A stretch of 64,000 bases of DNA from an uncultured bacterium (GTDB lineage: Bacteria; Patescibacteriota; Microgenomatia; Levybacterales; UBA12049): the NCBI GenBank assembly GCA_963826535.1, contig CAWGXL010000010.1:106814-170813 (forward strand), in the 5' to 3' direction. A program made the position numbers and the translations under genes. Below the pieces are notes generated by a model. It was not told where the DNA came from and did no database searches. It saw nothing but the letters and a program-made list of their open reading frames with translations. Positions 1 through 8,355 of this stretch are shown one piece after another. The first letter of the stretch is position 1. Each line of letters begins with the position of its first letter.

Positions 1-785
1 CCCAATCCTGCCGGTGTGAGAAATGTTAGAAACCCGATGAGGAAACTTAATGTAAAAAATCCGATTAATTGCGGCAGTAACTGTGGATGTAAAAATATGA
101 CTGAAGATATAGTGAAATAATAACCAAGCCCATAAAATATTAAAGAAATTGTACTTATAAATATAAGAAAGGCAATGCTGGCTGGAGGATGTTTGGGCAA
201 TACAAAGTTTACGATTTTCAGAGCTTTATGTGGAAGTTTTTTTGTTATTCGTTGATTAAAAATATAAATAAGTCCTGCACCAAATATTAACGCGACAATA
301 ACAATTATTAATAATTGCGCAAATGCAAACCCCGGTAAAAAATATTTAAGTAAAAACGGAAGTGACAAAAGAGAGACAAATAAAGCACCCATAACAAAAA
401 TTTCAAGCTCTATGATCAGTAAAGTTCCTGTATCTCTTTTGCTAACTCCCTTATCCGAAAAAGCCACAGCCCGTCCGATAATGAACCAAAATTTACCGGG
501 AATATATCTTTTTAATTCTGAAATTGCCCAGAGAAAAGTAGCCTGTTTAAATGGAATTTGGTACGACAGTTCCCGCAGCAGCTTAAACCAAATAAAGCTT
601 CGTAAAAAATAAAATATAATAAAACTTACAGTTCCGGCTGTAAGTAAAGATAAATTTACAGATCTTAAATTATTTATTAAATTTCCTGCTTGAGGCTGAA
701 TCAAAATCCAAACGAAATACAATGCTACTAGCGACAAAGGCCAACCGATCAAAAATTTCGCAACATTATACAGACTAGTCTTCAC
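1..785 (-). CDS. Lysylphosphatidylglycerol synthase-like transmembrane (flippase-like) protein, 3'-truncated by window edge
   Basis: Manual translation from GTG at 785 (MKTSLYNVAKFLIGWPLSLVALYFVW...); the same frame reads LSFLIGFLTFLTPAGLG at the window edge, the TPxGLG motif of this family. TGT-TAAAAT box 6 nt upstream of the GTG. Confidence 0.7.
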   Translation of the reverse strand, partial: MKTSLYNVAKFLIGWPLSLVALYFVWILIQPQAGNLINNLRSVNLSLLTAGTVSFIIFYFLRSFIWFKLLRELSYQIPFKQATFLWAISELKRYIPGKFWFIIGRAVAFSDKGVSKRDTGTLLIIELEIFVMGALFVSLLSLPFLLKYFLPGFAFAQLLIIVIVALIFGAGLIYIFNQRITKKLPHKALKIVNFVLPKHPPASIAFLIFISTISLIFYGLGYYFTISSVIFLHPQLLPQLIGFFTLSFLIGFLTFLTPAGL

Positions 786-844
786 TGCTTGATTTTAACA
801 TATTTGAATTGGACTTATTGGTTTGTTAGAATGAGCATATGCTT

Positions 845-917
845 GCGCTCGTAGCTCAACGGATAGAGCACTTCGCTTCGGACGAAGGGGTTGGGGGTTC
901 GATTCCCTCCGAGCGCA
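845..917 (+). tRNA. tRNA-Arg (anticodon UCG), CCA not encoded
   Basis: Cloverleaf: acceptor GCGCTCG/CGAGCGC, D arm GCTC/GAGC, anticodon stem CTTCG/CGAAG with loop CT-TCG-GA, T arm GGGGG-TTCGATT-CCCTC. Confidence 0.95.
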
Positions 918-1043
918 CTCATAGTGGTTGGGGAAAGAAAATTTTGCTTTGGTCGTTCTGTTCTTTCATAATAGGTGGGGGCTTGTGCCAATGTCCCGCT
1001 CGAGCGCGGCAAAATTCCTCCCCCCACAATCTATTTACTCCTT

Positions 1044-2057
1044 ATGAATAAAAAATTACTAAACAGGAACGAAGTAATACAAGGACCATCACCGAAAGTT
1101 TTGGAAACTTTAAAAAATTTTCCGTCAGAAAATGCCGCTTTGTATTTTGATGGTTATTTCGGATCGGCTTTGATTCCAAGATTGTCTAAAATATTCCAAC
1201 TTTCAGAAGAGCAAATTATTATTGGCTACGGACTGGAGGATATTTTTAGAACTATTTTTGATAGTTTAAGGCCGGAAAATGATGTCGTTCTTACTCACGA
1301 ATTTCATTACACCTACTACGACAAATATCTCAATTTTAAGAATATAAGATTGGAAAATTTTAGACTTATCGAAAATAAAAACGAGTTCATTTTTGATATT
1401 GACGACTGTATCTCAAAAATTGAAGAATCAAAGCCGAAAGTGATTTTAGTTACTTCACCAAATAATCCAACTGGAAATTCAATAAATCCTGCTAATTTTG
1501 AAAAAATTTTGAACAAAGCTAATAAAGCATCTCCAGTTATTTTAGATGAGGCTTATTTTGGATTTGATGATAACTATAACCTGCAAGACATTACTGCTTT
1601 ATTAGAAAAATACGATAATTTAATGATTTTGAGAAGTTTTTCCAAACTTTACGCACTTGCTGGCTTGCGTATTGGTTTTGCGTTGTGCGGGAAAAAAGTA
1701 AAAGACATTTTGCGTTATCAAAATTTTTATTTGGGCGGGAGTAGGCTTTTAGAGGAAATTGCAATCGCCGCACTTGAGTCAGGAAGTTATTACAAGGGTC
1801 TCTCTTCGGAAATTATTGCTGACAGACAAAAATTTATTACTGCAGTCGGAAAACTTAAAAATTTTAAGGTTTTCAATTCCAAGGCAAATTTTGTTTTAGT
1901 GAAATTAGAGAAAGGTGTAAAAAATACCCTGGAACAAGAGCTAGATAAAATGGACTTTTTAATTTCAAAATTTGTTTCCGATGATTTTATGCGAGTATCA
2001 ATTGGTTCAAAAGAGCATACAGAAAAATTTTTCGAAGTTTTAACTAAAATTGGCTAG
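1044..2057 (+). CDS. PLP-dependent aminotransferase class I/II (histidinol-phosphate aminotransferase-like)
   Basis: Motifs SPNNPTG, DEAY, RSFSKLYALAGLRIG, MRVSIG; start moved to ATG 1044. Confidence 0.85.
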   Translation: MNKKLLNRNEVIQGPSPKVLETLKNFPSENAALYFDGYFGSALIPRLSKIFQLSEEQIIIGYGLEDIFRTIFDSLRPENDVVLTHEFHYTYYDKYLNFKNIRLENFRLIENKNEFIFDIDDCISKIEESKPKVILVTSPNNPTGNSINPANFEKILNKANKASPVILDEAYFGFDDNYNLQDITALLEKYDNLMILRSFSKLYALAGLRIGFALCGKKVKDILRYQNFYLGGSRLLEEIAIAALESGSYYKGLSSEIIADRQKFITAVGKLKNFKVFNSKANFVLVKLEKGVKNTLEQELDKMDFLISKFVSDDFMRVSIGSKEHTEKFFEVLTKIG

Positions 2058-2189
2058 AAATTATTATTCCAGTTTTCTTTAAGTGAGCTAATACCTAAGA
2101 AAATCATAAGAATTTGCCGCCAAAAAGCTTAAAATTATGCAAAAACAATTCCCATATTAATTTTCGAAATTCGTGGTATAATTATATCA

Positions 2190-2414
2190 ATGACTGATAC
2201 AAAAAAAGCACAAAAGATTCTATTAATAGAAAAACTCCGCCTCGTAGAAAGCGAATTATTTCGTCTTGCCTCAAAATATGGAATAAAAACCATTGACGAG
2301 TTAGATAAACATATAGCCGAAGGAAAGTTGTCTGAAAAAGCTATCGGAGATGATTTGTTTATTTTTGATTCTCTCCTTTGCGAAAAAAGAGAAAATAGAA
2401 AAAGAGCTTTCTAA
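2190..2414 (+). CDS. Putative antitoxin (possibly frameshifted near 2377-2388)
   Basis: Small helical ORF upstream of a DUF6516-like toxin; +1 frame continues EKIEKELSK... to TAG 2493. Confidence 0.5.
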   Translation: MTDTKKAQKILLIEKLRLVESELFRLASKYGIKTIDELDKHIAEGKLSEKAIGDDLFIFDSLLCEKRENRKRAF

Positions 2415-2438
2415 ACATAATATAAAAAAGGCCGATGT

Positions 2439-2807
2439 ATGGAAAAATTTGCAGCATTTGCTCGGATTGCCGAAATTGAGTTCTCGGATATAGTTCTTTC
2501 AACCCAAGATTTGGGTCATAAATTACGCCTTTACCTCAAAGATAAGACATTTGTTGATTTCTTTCACACCTCTAAACTTGAAAAACGTAGATTTTCTATC
2601 CACTGGGAAAGAACACATGTTGACGGGTCTATCTATAGAATTGATAACACACCTGATAAAAAATGGACTAAAGTTAATACTTTTCCTGTTCATTTTCATA
2701 ACAAAATCTACGACAAAGTAGAAACTGCGCCATTCCATTTAAGCGAAAAGGCTTCATTGAAGACTGTTTTCAGAAAGTTTTTGATTTTCGTTAAAAGTAA
2801 AATATAA
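2439..2807 (+). CDS. DUF6516/TumE-like putative toxin
   Basis: YRIDNTPD...TFPVHFH matches the R-x-DN...FPxHxH signature of this family; paired with a small upstream ORF. Confidence 0.6.
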   Translation: MEKFAAFARIAEIEFSDIVLSTQDLGHKLRLYLKDKTFVDFFHTSKLEKRRFSIHWERTHVDGSIYRIDNTPDKKWTKVNTFPVHFHNKIYDKVETAPFHLSEKASLKTVFRKFLIFVKSKI

Positions 2808-2808
2808 T

Positions 2809-3663
2809 ATGGAATTATCCTGGTTTGCATTCTCTGTTTTTGCCACACTGCTTTTTGGCGTATCAACAGCTTTTTATAAGCTACCATCAGCAAAGAATCA
2901 TAATCGGTTTGTTGCCACCTTTTGGGCGCTTATAATTTCGTTGGTTTTATCTATAGCATTTTTTCATTCTTATATTACCCTAAGTACACCGGAGATGATT
3001 TGGACTGCGTTACTTTGGGGAATTGCCTTCCCCTGCTTAATGCTTCTCCAAATGTACGCATTAAAACATGTTGATACCAACGTTTTATTTCCTATCACAA
3101 CGACAGCAAGTCTCATTATCACCGTACTCATAGGTATATTTTTCTTCAATGAACATATAACCCTCATTCAAACACTCGGCGTCATTCTTGCCATTTTAAC
3201 TTTATTTTTGTTCAGCTACAAAAGTGGGAAATTAAACTTTTCGAGTTTCTTGATTGGTGTTGGTTCTGGAATTATTTTCATTTCAGCTTTTAATAAAGTT
3301 TTGCAAAAAATTGTTGCGGATAAAATGGATATTCATGCTTTTCAAATTTATCAGTACCTATTTGCAACCATAATTGCGTTGTTGATTTTTCTAGTTCTTC
3401 ATCGTCGTGATTGGAAAACTCATATTTTATCCGGCGGATTAGGCATAGGGAGTTTGATAGGTATTTTTGGTTTCTTCGGTGCTTATTCGCTTTTTGTCGC
3501 TCTAACCAAAGGACCGTTTCCCTTGATTACCTCCATTCACTCGCTGTATATTTTAATAACAGCCCTTACCGCATTCTTTCTGTTCAAAGAGAAACTTACA
3601 ACAAAAAAGATTTTGCTACTACTTCTTGCCATCGTTGCAGTTATCCTTATCCGTATCGGGTAA
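2809..3663 (+). CDS. EamA/DMT family transporter
   Basis: 284 aa, about 10 TM helices in two repeats (FFNEHIT..., LFKEKLT...). Confidence 0.85.
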   Translation: MELSWFAFSVFATLLFGVSTAFYKLPSAKNHNRFVATFWALIISLVLSIAFFHSYITLSTPEMIWTALLWGIAFPCLMLLQMYALKHVDTNVLFPITTTASLIITVLIGIFFFNEHITLIQTLGVILAILTLFLFSYKSGKLNFSSFLIGVGSGIIFISAFNKVLQKIVADKMDIHAFQIYQYLFATIIALLIFLVLHRRDWKTHILSGGLGIGSLIGIFGFFGAYSLFVALTKGPFPLITSIHSLYILITALTAFFLFKEKLTTKKILLLLLAIVAVILIRIG

Positions 3664-3705
3664 AGACTATAAAAGAAAAAAATTTATTATGTAAGCTATA
3701 TATTT

Positions 3706-4635
3706 ATGTCTGAAATAATTCATCATCTTAAAAAAGATGTTAAACAAATTGAAATAGAAGGTGCTTATCTGGACGAACCCCTAGATGGTAATTTTATAGG
3801 CAAAATAAATGCCCCTTTTTTCAAAGGGGAGTTTCACTTTCTTGTTCGGACAAAAAAAAATAAAAAACTTTTTATTGAAAAATATCCTCGATTAACTCTA
3901 GATGGTGAAAATACATCTATAGACGATTCTCCTGAATTTATGAATGAGTACTTTGAAAGTAATCTGTTGAAAGTAATGATTGCAAGTGGAATTTTAAAAA
4001 AGGAAAAATTCTTGGCTCCCTCTATTAAATTATCTAACAATAAAGATATAGCTTATTATTCGGAATTTATTCCAAATACTATAAGTAGTTTGAATGTAGA
4101 ATTGGAAAAGTTTGAAAGGATAGCAGCGGCAAATAATATTTCCATAGAGGAAGCCAAATCGAAACTTAACTCCGATGAATTTGGATTGATGAATGGTAAG
4201 GCTGAAAAGATGACTTATAGTTTTCGGGAGGAATTAACGACGAAAGAAAACGCAGCGCCTTTGGCATTGCTGCAACTGATATCAGGAGCCGGAATCAGGA
4301 ATATGAGTAATTATAGATTCCAAATAGATAAAACACAAATAGAAGAACCCAAATTTAAAATCGTAATTATGGACCTGGCCGGAGGATTGGGAAATAGGCG
4401 TGATGAGCCTGGAATCATAGATGAGAATCTTTTGTCGAATTTAACCAGGGAAGATGTAATGGCATATTGGCCCAAAATAAAAACCTTTATTGAAGAAAAC
4501 GATTTAGTAAATAAAATTATTGATAAATTACCGGTGCCCCAAGAACTTAAGGACATTAAAAGAAATGAAGTTCTTAGTAATATTAACAATTTAGAAAATT
4601 TATTAGCTGCCGAATTCGCTGACAGAACAAAGTAA
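3706..4635 (+). CDS. Hypothetical protein, possible atypical kinase-like fold
   Basis: 309-aa ORF; GIRNMSNY...IVIMDLAG weakly resembles DRHxxN...IDxG. Confidence 0.45.
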   Translation: MSEIIHHLKKDVKQIEIEGAYLDEPLDGNFIGKINAPFFKGEFHFLVRTKKNKKLFIEKYPRLTLDGENTSIDDSPEFMNEYFESNLLKVMIASGILKKEKFLAPSIKLSNNKDIAYYSEFIPNTISSLNVELEKFERIAAANNISIEEAKSKLNSDEFGLMNGKAEKMTYSFREELTTKENAAPLALLQLISGAGIRNMSNYRFQIDKTQIEEPKFKIVIMDLAGGLGNRRDEPGIIDENLLSNLTREDVMAYWPKIKTFIEENDLVNKIIDKLPVPQELKDIKRNEVLSNINNLENLLAAEFADRTK

Positions 4636-4732
4636 ACATAAAGCAAGCGTATTTTGCGCCTTTTACATTTACATTATTCTAGTTCTCTGATACAATAATT
4701 TTACACTTCATTTTTGTATTAATTACTATAAT

Positions 4733-6400
4733 ATGCTGCCATTACATAAAGCAATTACTAGAATAAAAATTGCATGGATTAAATTCCTTGTTTGCTTAAT
4801 ATTTTTTGGCTTTCTTCTTGTCATCCCGGAATATACATACGCCGCAGCTAATACCGAGATTTTAACGCAACCCTGGCTTCTTACTGCACCGCGTAATGCA
4901 ACCGAACGGTACCAATTGGTAGATCAAAATATTCTTAAAGGAACAACACTACTCAGGTTGACATACGACTTAAAAGGCACATGTCTTTTGGACGGAGACG
5001 CTTCAGCAATTATCTTCGATCAACCAATTAATAGATCGTGGAGATTTATATCACTTTCAAAGTACGGGAAAAATTGTCTAAACGGCGAGCAGACTGTATT
5101 TATTCCGCTCACACATTTTAAACAATTAGACATCTCAAAACCAGTCGGAACATTTCATATTCGAATTTGGCATAATCGCCCATACAATATAATCATAAAA
5201 AGGGCGATACTCTATGACTCATCTTTTTACCTATCACCATCTAATAATCTTACATTTAATACTCCAACCTTCATTCCAACCCCGACAAAAAATCTTGTCA
5301 CCGTTCTGTTCGCAACAACTCTTCCGACCTTTCCCCCTCCTATATTTACACCCATCCCAACACCAACAGTTATCCCAACACCAACAGATATACCTACGCC
5401 AACGCTCTTCTTGCCAACCCCGATTATATCGTCGCCAACTACCCCTCCAACACCCACAATTCCTCCTAACTTATTCTCTTCATCCCGTCCTTCATGGAGT
5501 ATTCAAAGCGTTTCATCGATGAAAGAGACCAAAGACAGAATCTGCCATCCAAGGCCGCAGGAATTTATTCAAAAGTGGGTTGAAAAAGCAGTTGATCTAG
5601 GAGTGAACTATATTTCCATTGAAACCCCCTATGAAAACCCGGCCTGCGGGGACGCCAATGCGTATACTAAAGCATGGATTGATGTTGCGCGAGCTAAAGG
5701 GGTAAAAATTTGGCACAGGCATATGCCGCTGGCGTTTGAAGGAATTTATAACACCCCAAAAAATGCAACTTTTAATTACTTACAAGTGATATCAGATTAT
5801 ATTAGAGCAAACCCAAGCTTTTTTGCTGAAGGGGATATTTTTACACCTATTCCCGAACCTCAAAATGGGGGAATTTATGGGGTAACATATTGTCCTCATT
5901 CTATTTGTATTTTCAAAAATGCAGCTGATTTCAATCTTTGGCTGAGAAATGCCATGGATTCATCAGAAACCGCTTTTACGTCCATTGGACTTGGAGGAAA
6001 AATGAAAATAGGATATTATGGTTTTGACGGATTTGTAGCATGGGGCGATAATAACCCGGATTGGGATGGAATTTTGGAAGATCAAACAGTCATTAAAATG
6101 GGTAATATAACTATCGATCATTATCCGGAGATTGTTGGTGATACGATGAGCAACGATTTAAGCGAACTTGAAGCCCGGTATCCGAACATCCCTATCATTA
6201 TTGGCGAGTGGGGTACAATCACAGGATCCAACCCCGAACTCCAGGCAAAGATCTCTATGCAAGCCGCGCGCAGGCCAAGTGTAGTTGGTTTCAATTACTG
6301 GCACATGGGAGTAGGGGGGCATGAGGAATTATTGCGCGAAGATTTTACGCTTAAAACTCAGTATGATGAAGTACAGAGTTTTTATAAAGGAACGTACTAG
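4733..6400 (+). CDS. Secreted/membrane-anchored putative clan GH-A glycoside hydrolase with N-terminal beta-domain and Pro/Thr linker
   Basis: N-terminal hydrophobic segment, long PT-rich linker, C-terminal domain with IPEPQNG (acid/base-like), TIDHY and IIIGEWG (nucleophile-like). Confidence 0.6.
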   Translation: MLPLHKAITRIKIAWIKFLVCLIFFGFLLVIPEYTYAAANTEILTQPWLLTAPRNATERYQLVDQNILKGTTLLRLTYDLKGTCLLDGDASAIIFDQPINRSWRFISLSKYGKNCLNGEQTVFIPLTHFKQLDISKPVGTFHIRIWHNRPYNIIIKRAILYDSSFYLSPSNNLTFNTPTFIPTPTKNLVTVLFATTLPTFPPPIFTPIPTPTVIPTPTDIPTPTLFLPTPIISSPTTPPTPTIPPNLFSSSRPSWSIQSVSSMKETKDRICHPRPQEFIQKWVEKAVDLGVNYISIETPYENPACGDANAYTKAWIDVARAKGVKIWHRHMPLAFEGIYNTPKNATFNYLQVISDYIRANPSFFAEGDIFTPIPEPQNGGIYGVTYCPHSICIFKNAADFNLWLRNAMDSSETAFTSIGLGGKMKIGYYGFDGFVAWGDNNPDWDGILEDQTVIKMGNITIDHYPEIVGDTMSNDLSELEARYPNIPIIIGEWGTITGSNPELQAKISMQAARRPSVVGFNYWHMGVGGHEELLREDFTLKTQYDEVQSFYKGTY

Positions 6401-6404
6401 AAGT

Positions 6405-6959
6405 ATGAAAACTATTGCAATATTAAGTTTAATTCTGATTTTAGCTGTTAGTTTTCTTTTCGTACTGCTTAAGAATAATACTGAACCGGACTCGGTTAAT
6501 TTAATAACAAATTGGCATTTAACAGGTAATAAATCGCAGGCTTTAAAGTCAAATATAAATTTGTCATCCCTAAAAGGAAAAAATACACTTCAAGTCTCGT
6601 ACAACCTCCATGGCCTCTGTTTACTTGGAGGCAGTGCTTCAGCAATAATACTTGAACAGGACAACATTCCATATTCTGTATCCCTTTCACAATATGGAAA
6701 AAATTGTTTTGATGGCGAGCAAACCACCTCTATTCCTCTCGAACATTTCAATGGACTTGATATCAACCGGAAACTTGAAAAAATTACTGCCAAATTTTGG
6801 TATCCGACATACTATTCCATCGACATAAAAAACGCCGCGGCCTTACGTGCAGTAGATAATGTCTTGGGCGAGTCAGTAAAACCCGATTACACGAAACACC
6901 GTAAAACCTTCCCCAACATCACCCCTATTAGAGAATTTCCTTATGCACCTCAAGAGTAA
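6405..6959 (+). CDS. Membrane-anchored paralog of the N-terminal domain of 4733..6400
   Basis: Shared blocks YxLxGxCLLxGxASAII and SLSxYGKNCxxGEQTxxIPLxHF. Confidence 0.75.
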   Translation: MKTIAILSLILILAVSFLFVLLKNNTEPDSVNLITNWHLTGNKSQALKSNINLSSLKGKNTLQVSYNLHGLCLLGGSASAIILEQDNIPYSVSLSQYGKNCFDGEQTTSIPLEHFNGLDINRKLEKITAKFWYPTYYSIDIKNAAALRAVDNVLGESVKPDYTKHRKTFPNITPIREFPYAPQE

Positions 6960-6986
6960 TAAATTATTTTGTATAATAATATCTTA

Positions 6987-7286
6987 ATGAATCAGTTGCT
7001 TTTTGTTTATGGATCATTAAGAGATCCACAAGTACAAACAGAAAATATTGGAAGAATAGTTGAAGGTACACCCGATGTACTCCTCGGTTACGGAAAGTTT
7101 GCTGTGAAAGTTGACGATATTGTCTACCCTATTTTAGTGCCTGTTTCAGAGAGTATTGTAGAAGGTGAAATTTTGAAATTAACTAAAGAAGAACTGAATA
7201 AAATAGATGTCTATGAAATTGATGCCTATAGAAGAATAAAGGTAAAGCTTAAGAGTGGAATTAATGCATGGGTATATGTAAAATAA
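6987..7286 (+). CDS. Gamma-glutamylcyclotransferase (AIG2-like) family protein
   Basis: LFVYGSL, DVYE..Y.R, AWVY motifs. Confidence 0.85.
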   Translation: MNQLLFVYGSLRDPQVQTENIGRIVEGTPDVLLGYGKFAVKVDDIVYPILVPVSESIVEGEILKLTKEELNKIDVYEIDAYRRIKVKLKSGINAWVYVK

Positions 7287-7295
7287 TTTTTTGAC

Positions 7296-8282
7296 TTATC
7301 CCTGCTTGGGGGCGTAGAGGGCTCCACGGGTCGTTCCGAGTTTTATAATAAATCGCGTCTTCAAAAGCATTTTTAGATCATAATGCAACGAACTAACTGG
7401 AACCTTTTGAAATCTTCTTTTGATAAAATCAAAAGAAACAAGTTTATGCTCTCTTATGATCGCAAGTATCTCTTGTCTTCGCGGAAGAAGAGTATCTTCA
7501 GGTCTTTCTTCCTTCCGGTTTTGCAATAATTTAATCACTTTCTCAGCGGAGGTAGCGACTGCATTTGTAAAAAATTCTACGAACTCTGTTATATCTTTTT
7601 TTGAAATACCAAGAGTTGAATAATATTCTTCCTGATGCTCATTCAAATATTCTTCAAGTATCGCAAGACCGCGAAATCCGAAACCAGAATTTTTTAACAA
7701 AAAAGCGCTCAAAAGTCTGCCGACCCTTCCGTTGCCATCAATAAAAGGATGTATCTTTTCGAACGCGAAATGTACTTGAGCCGCATTAATTACAGCATGC
7801 TCTTTGCTGGCTTTTGAAATCTTTATTAGTTTAGTCAACAGGTTTTTTAATTCATGAGGAGGAGGCGTAATATAAACAGCCACCCCTGCCTGGTTGAAAA
7901 TTGCCGAATGTTCAGTACGAAGTTGACCCACTTCAGCAGAAATTGCCTGCATAACCATTTTGTGAAGTTTAAGAATCAAAGGAATTGTTATATGTATTGC
8001 AGTTTTTGAGTGAATCCATTTTAGTGCACTTAAAATATTTAATATTTCTTTTTTTTCTATATTTCCACTGCTTCTTTTTATATTTTCAATTTCTTCAAAA
8101 CGCAATCTATTACCTTCGATACGTGCGGAAAATAGAGAGCTTTTTAGTAATGATTTGTGTCGAAGCGATTCTTCAATATGCGGTAATTGTGGAAGGAATT
8201 CAAATACTTTCTTTGCCGTTTCAATCCGAATGAGATTTTTTTGTATGATTCGATTGTTACGAAAAATATACTCTATGTTCAT
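7296..8282 (-). CDS. Fic family protein with C-terminal wHTH
   Basis: HPFIDGNGRVGR catalytic motif; SARIEGN inhibitory motif; C-terminal ...YDLKMLL...GTTRGALY. Confidence 0.9.
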   Translation of the reverse strand: MNIEYIFRNNRIIQKNLIRIETAKKVFEFLPQLPHIEESLRHKSLLKSSLFSARIEGNRLRFEEIENIKRSSGNIEKKEILNILSALKWIHSKTAIHITIPLILKLHKMVMQAISAEVGQLRTEHSAIFNQAGVAVYITPPPHELKNLLTKLIKISKASKEHAVINAAQVHFAFEKIHPFIDGNGRVGRLLSAFLLKNSGFGFRGLAILEEYLNEHQEEYYSTLGISKKDITEFVEFFTNAVATSAEKVIKLLQNRKEERPEDTLLPRRQEILAIIREHKLVSFDFIKRRFQKVPVSSLHYDLKMLLKTRFIIKLGTTRGALYAPKQG

Positions 8283-8290
8283 ATTATTTT

Positions 8291-8340
8291 TTTAGCAGAT
8301 ATTGGAAGATATTACAAGATATTAGAAGATTTTAGAATAA
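8291..8340. repeat. Five imperfect 10-bp tandem repeats upstream of Fic gene
   Basis: tttagcagat/attggaagat/attacaagat/attagaagat/tttagaataa. Confidence 0.8.
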
Positions 8341-8355
8341 TTAAACTTTGGTAAA

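Noticed and set aside
815-1051. Two 70-aa ORFs and the 975 start of the aminotransferase
   Set aside because: The 70-aa ORFs overlap tRNA-Arg and the 975 start lies in its downstream hairpin; ATG 1044 is the better start.
5214-5522. Alternative-frame and antisense ORFs over Pro/Thr linkers (also 29141-29428)
   Set aside because: Low-complexity by-products of PT-rich codons.
8291-8340. Possible CRISPR or replication iterons
   Set aside because: 10-bp units without spacers and no rep gene adjacent; operator reading fits better.
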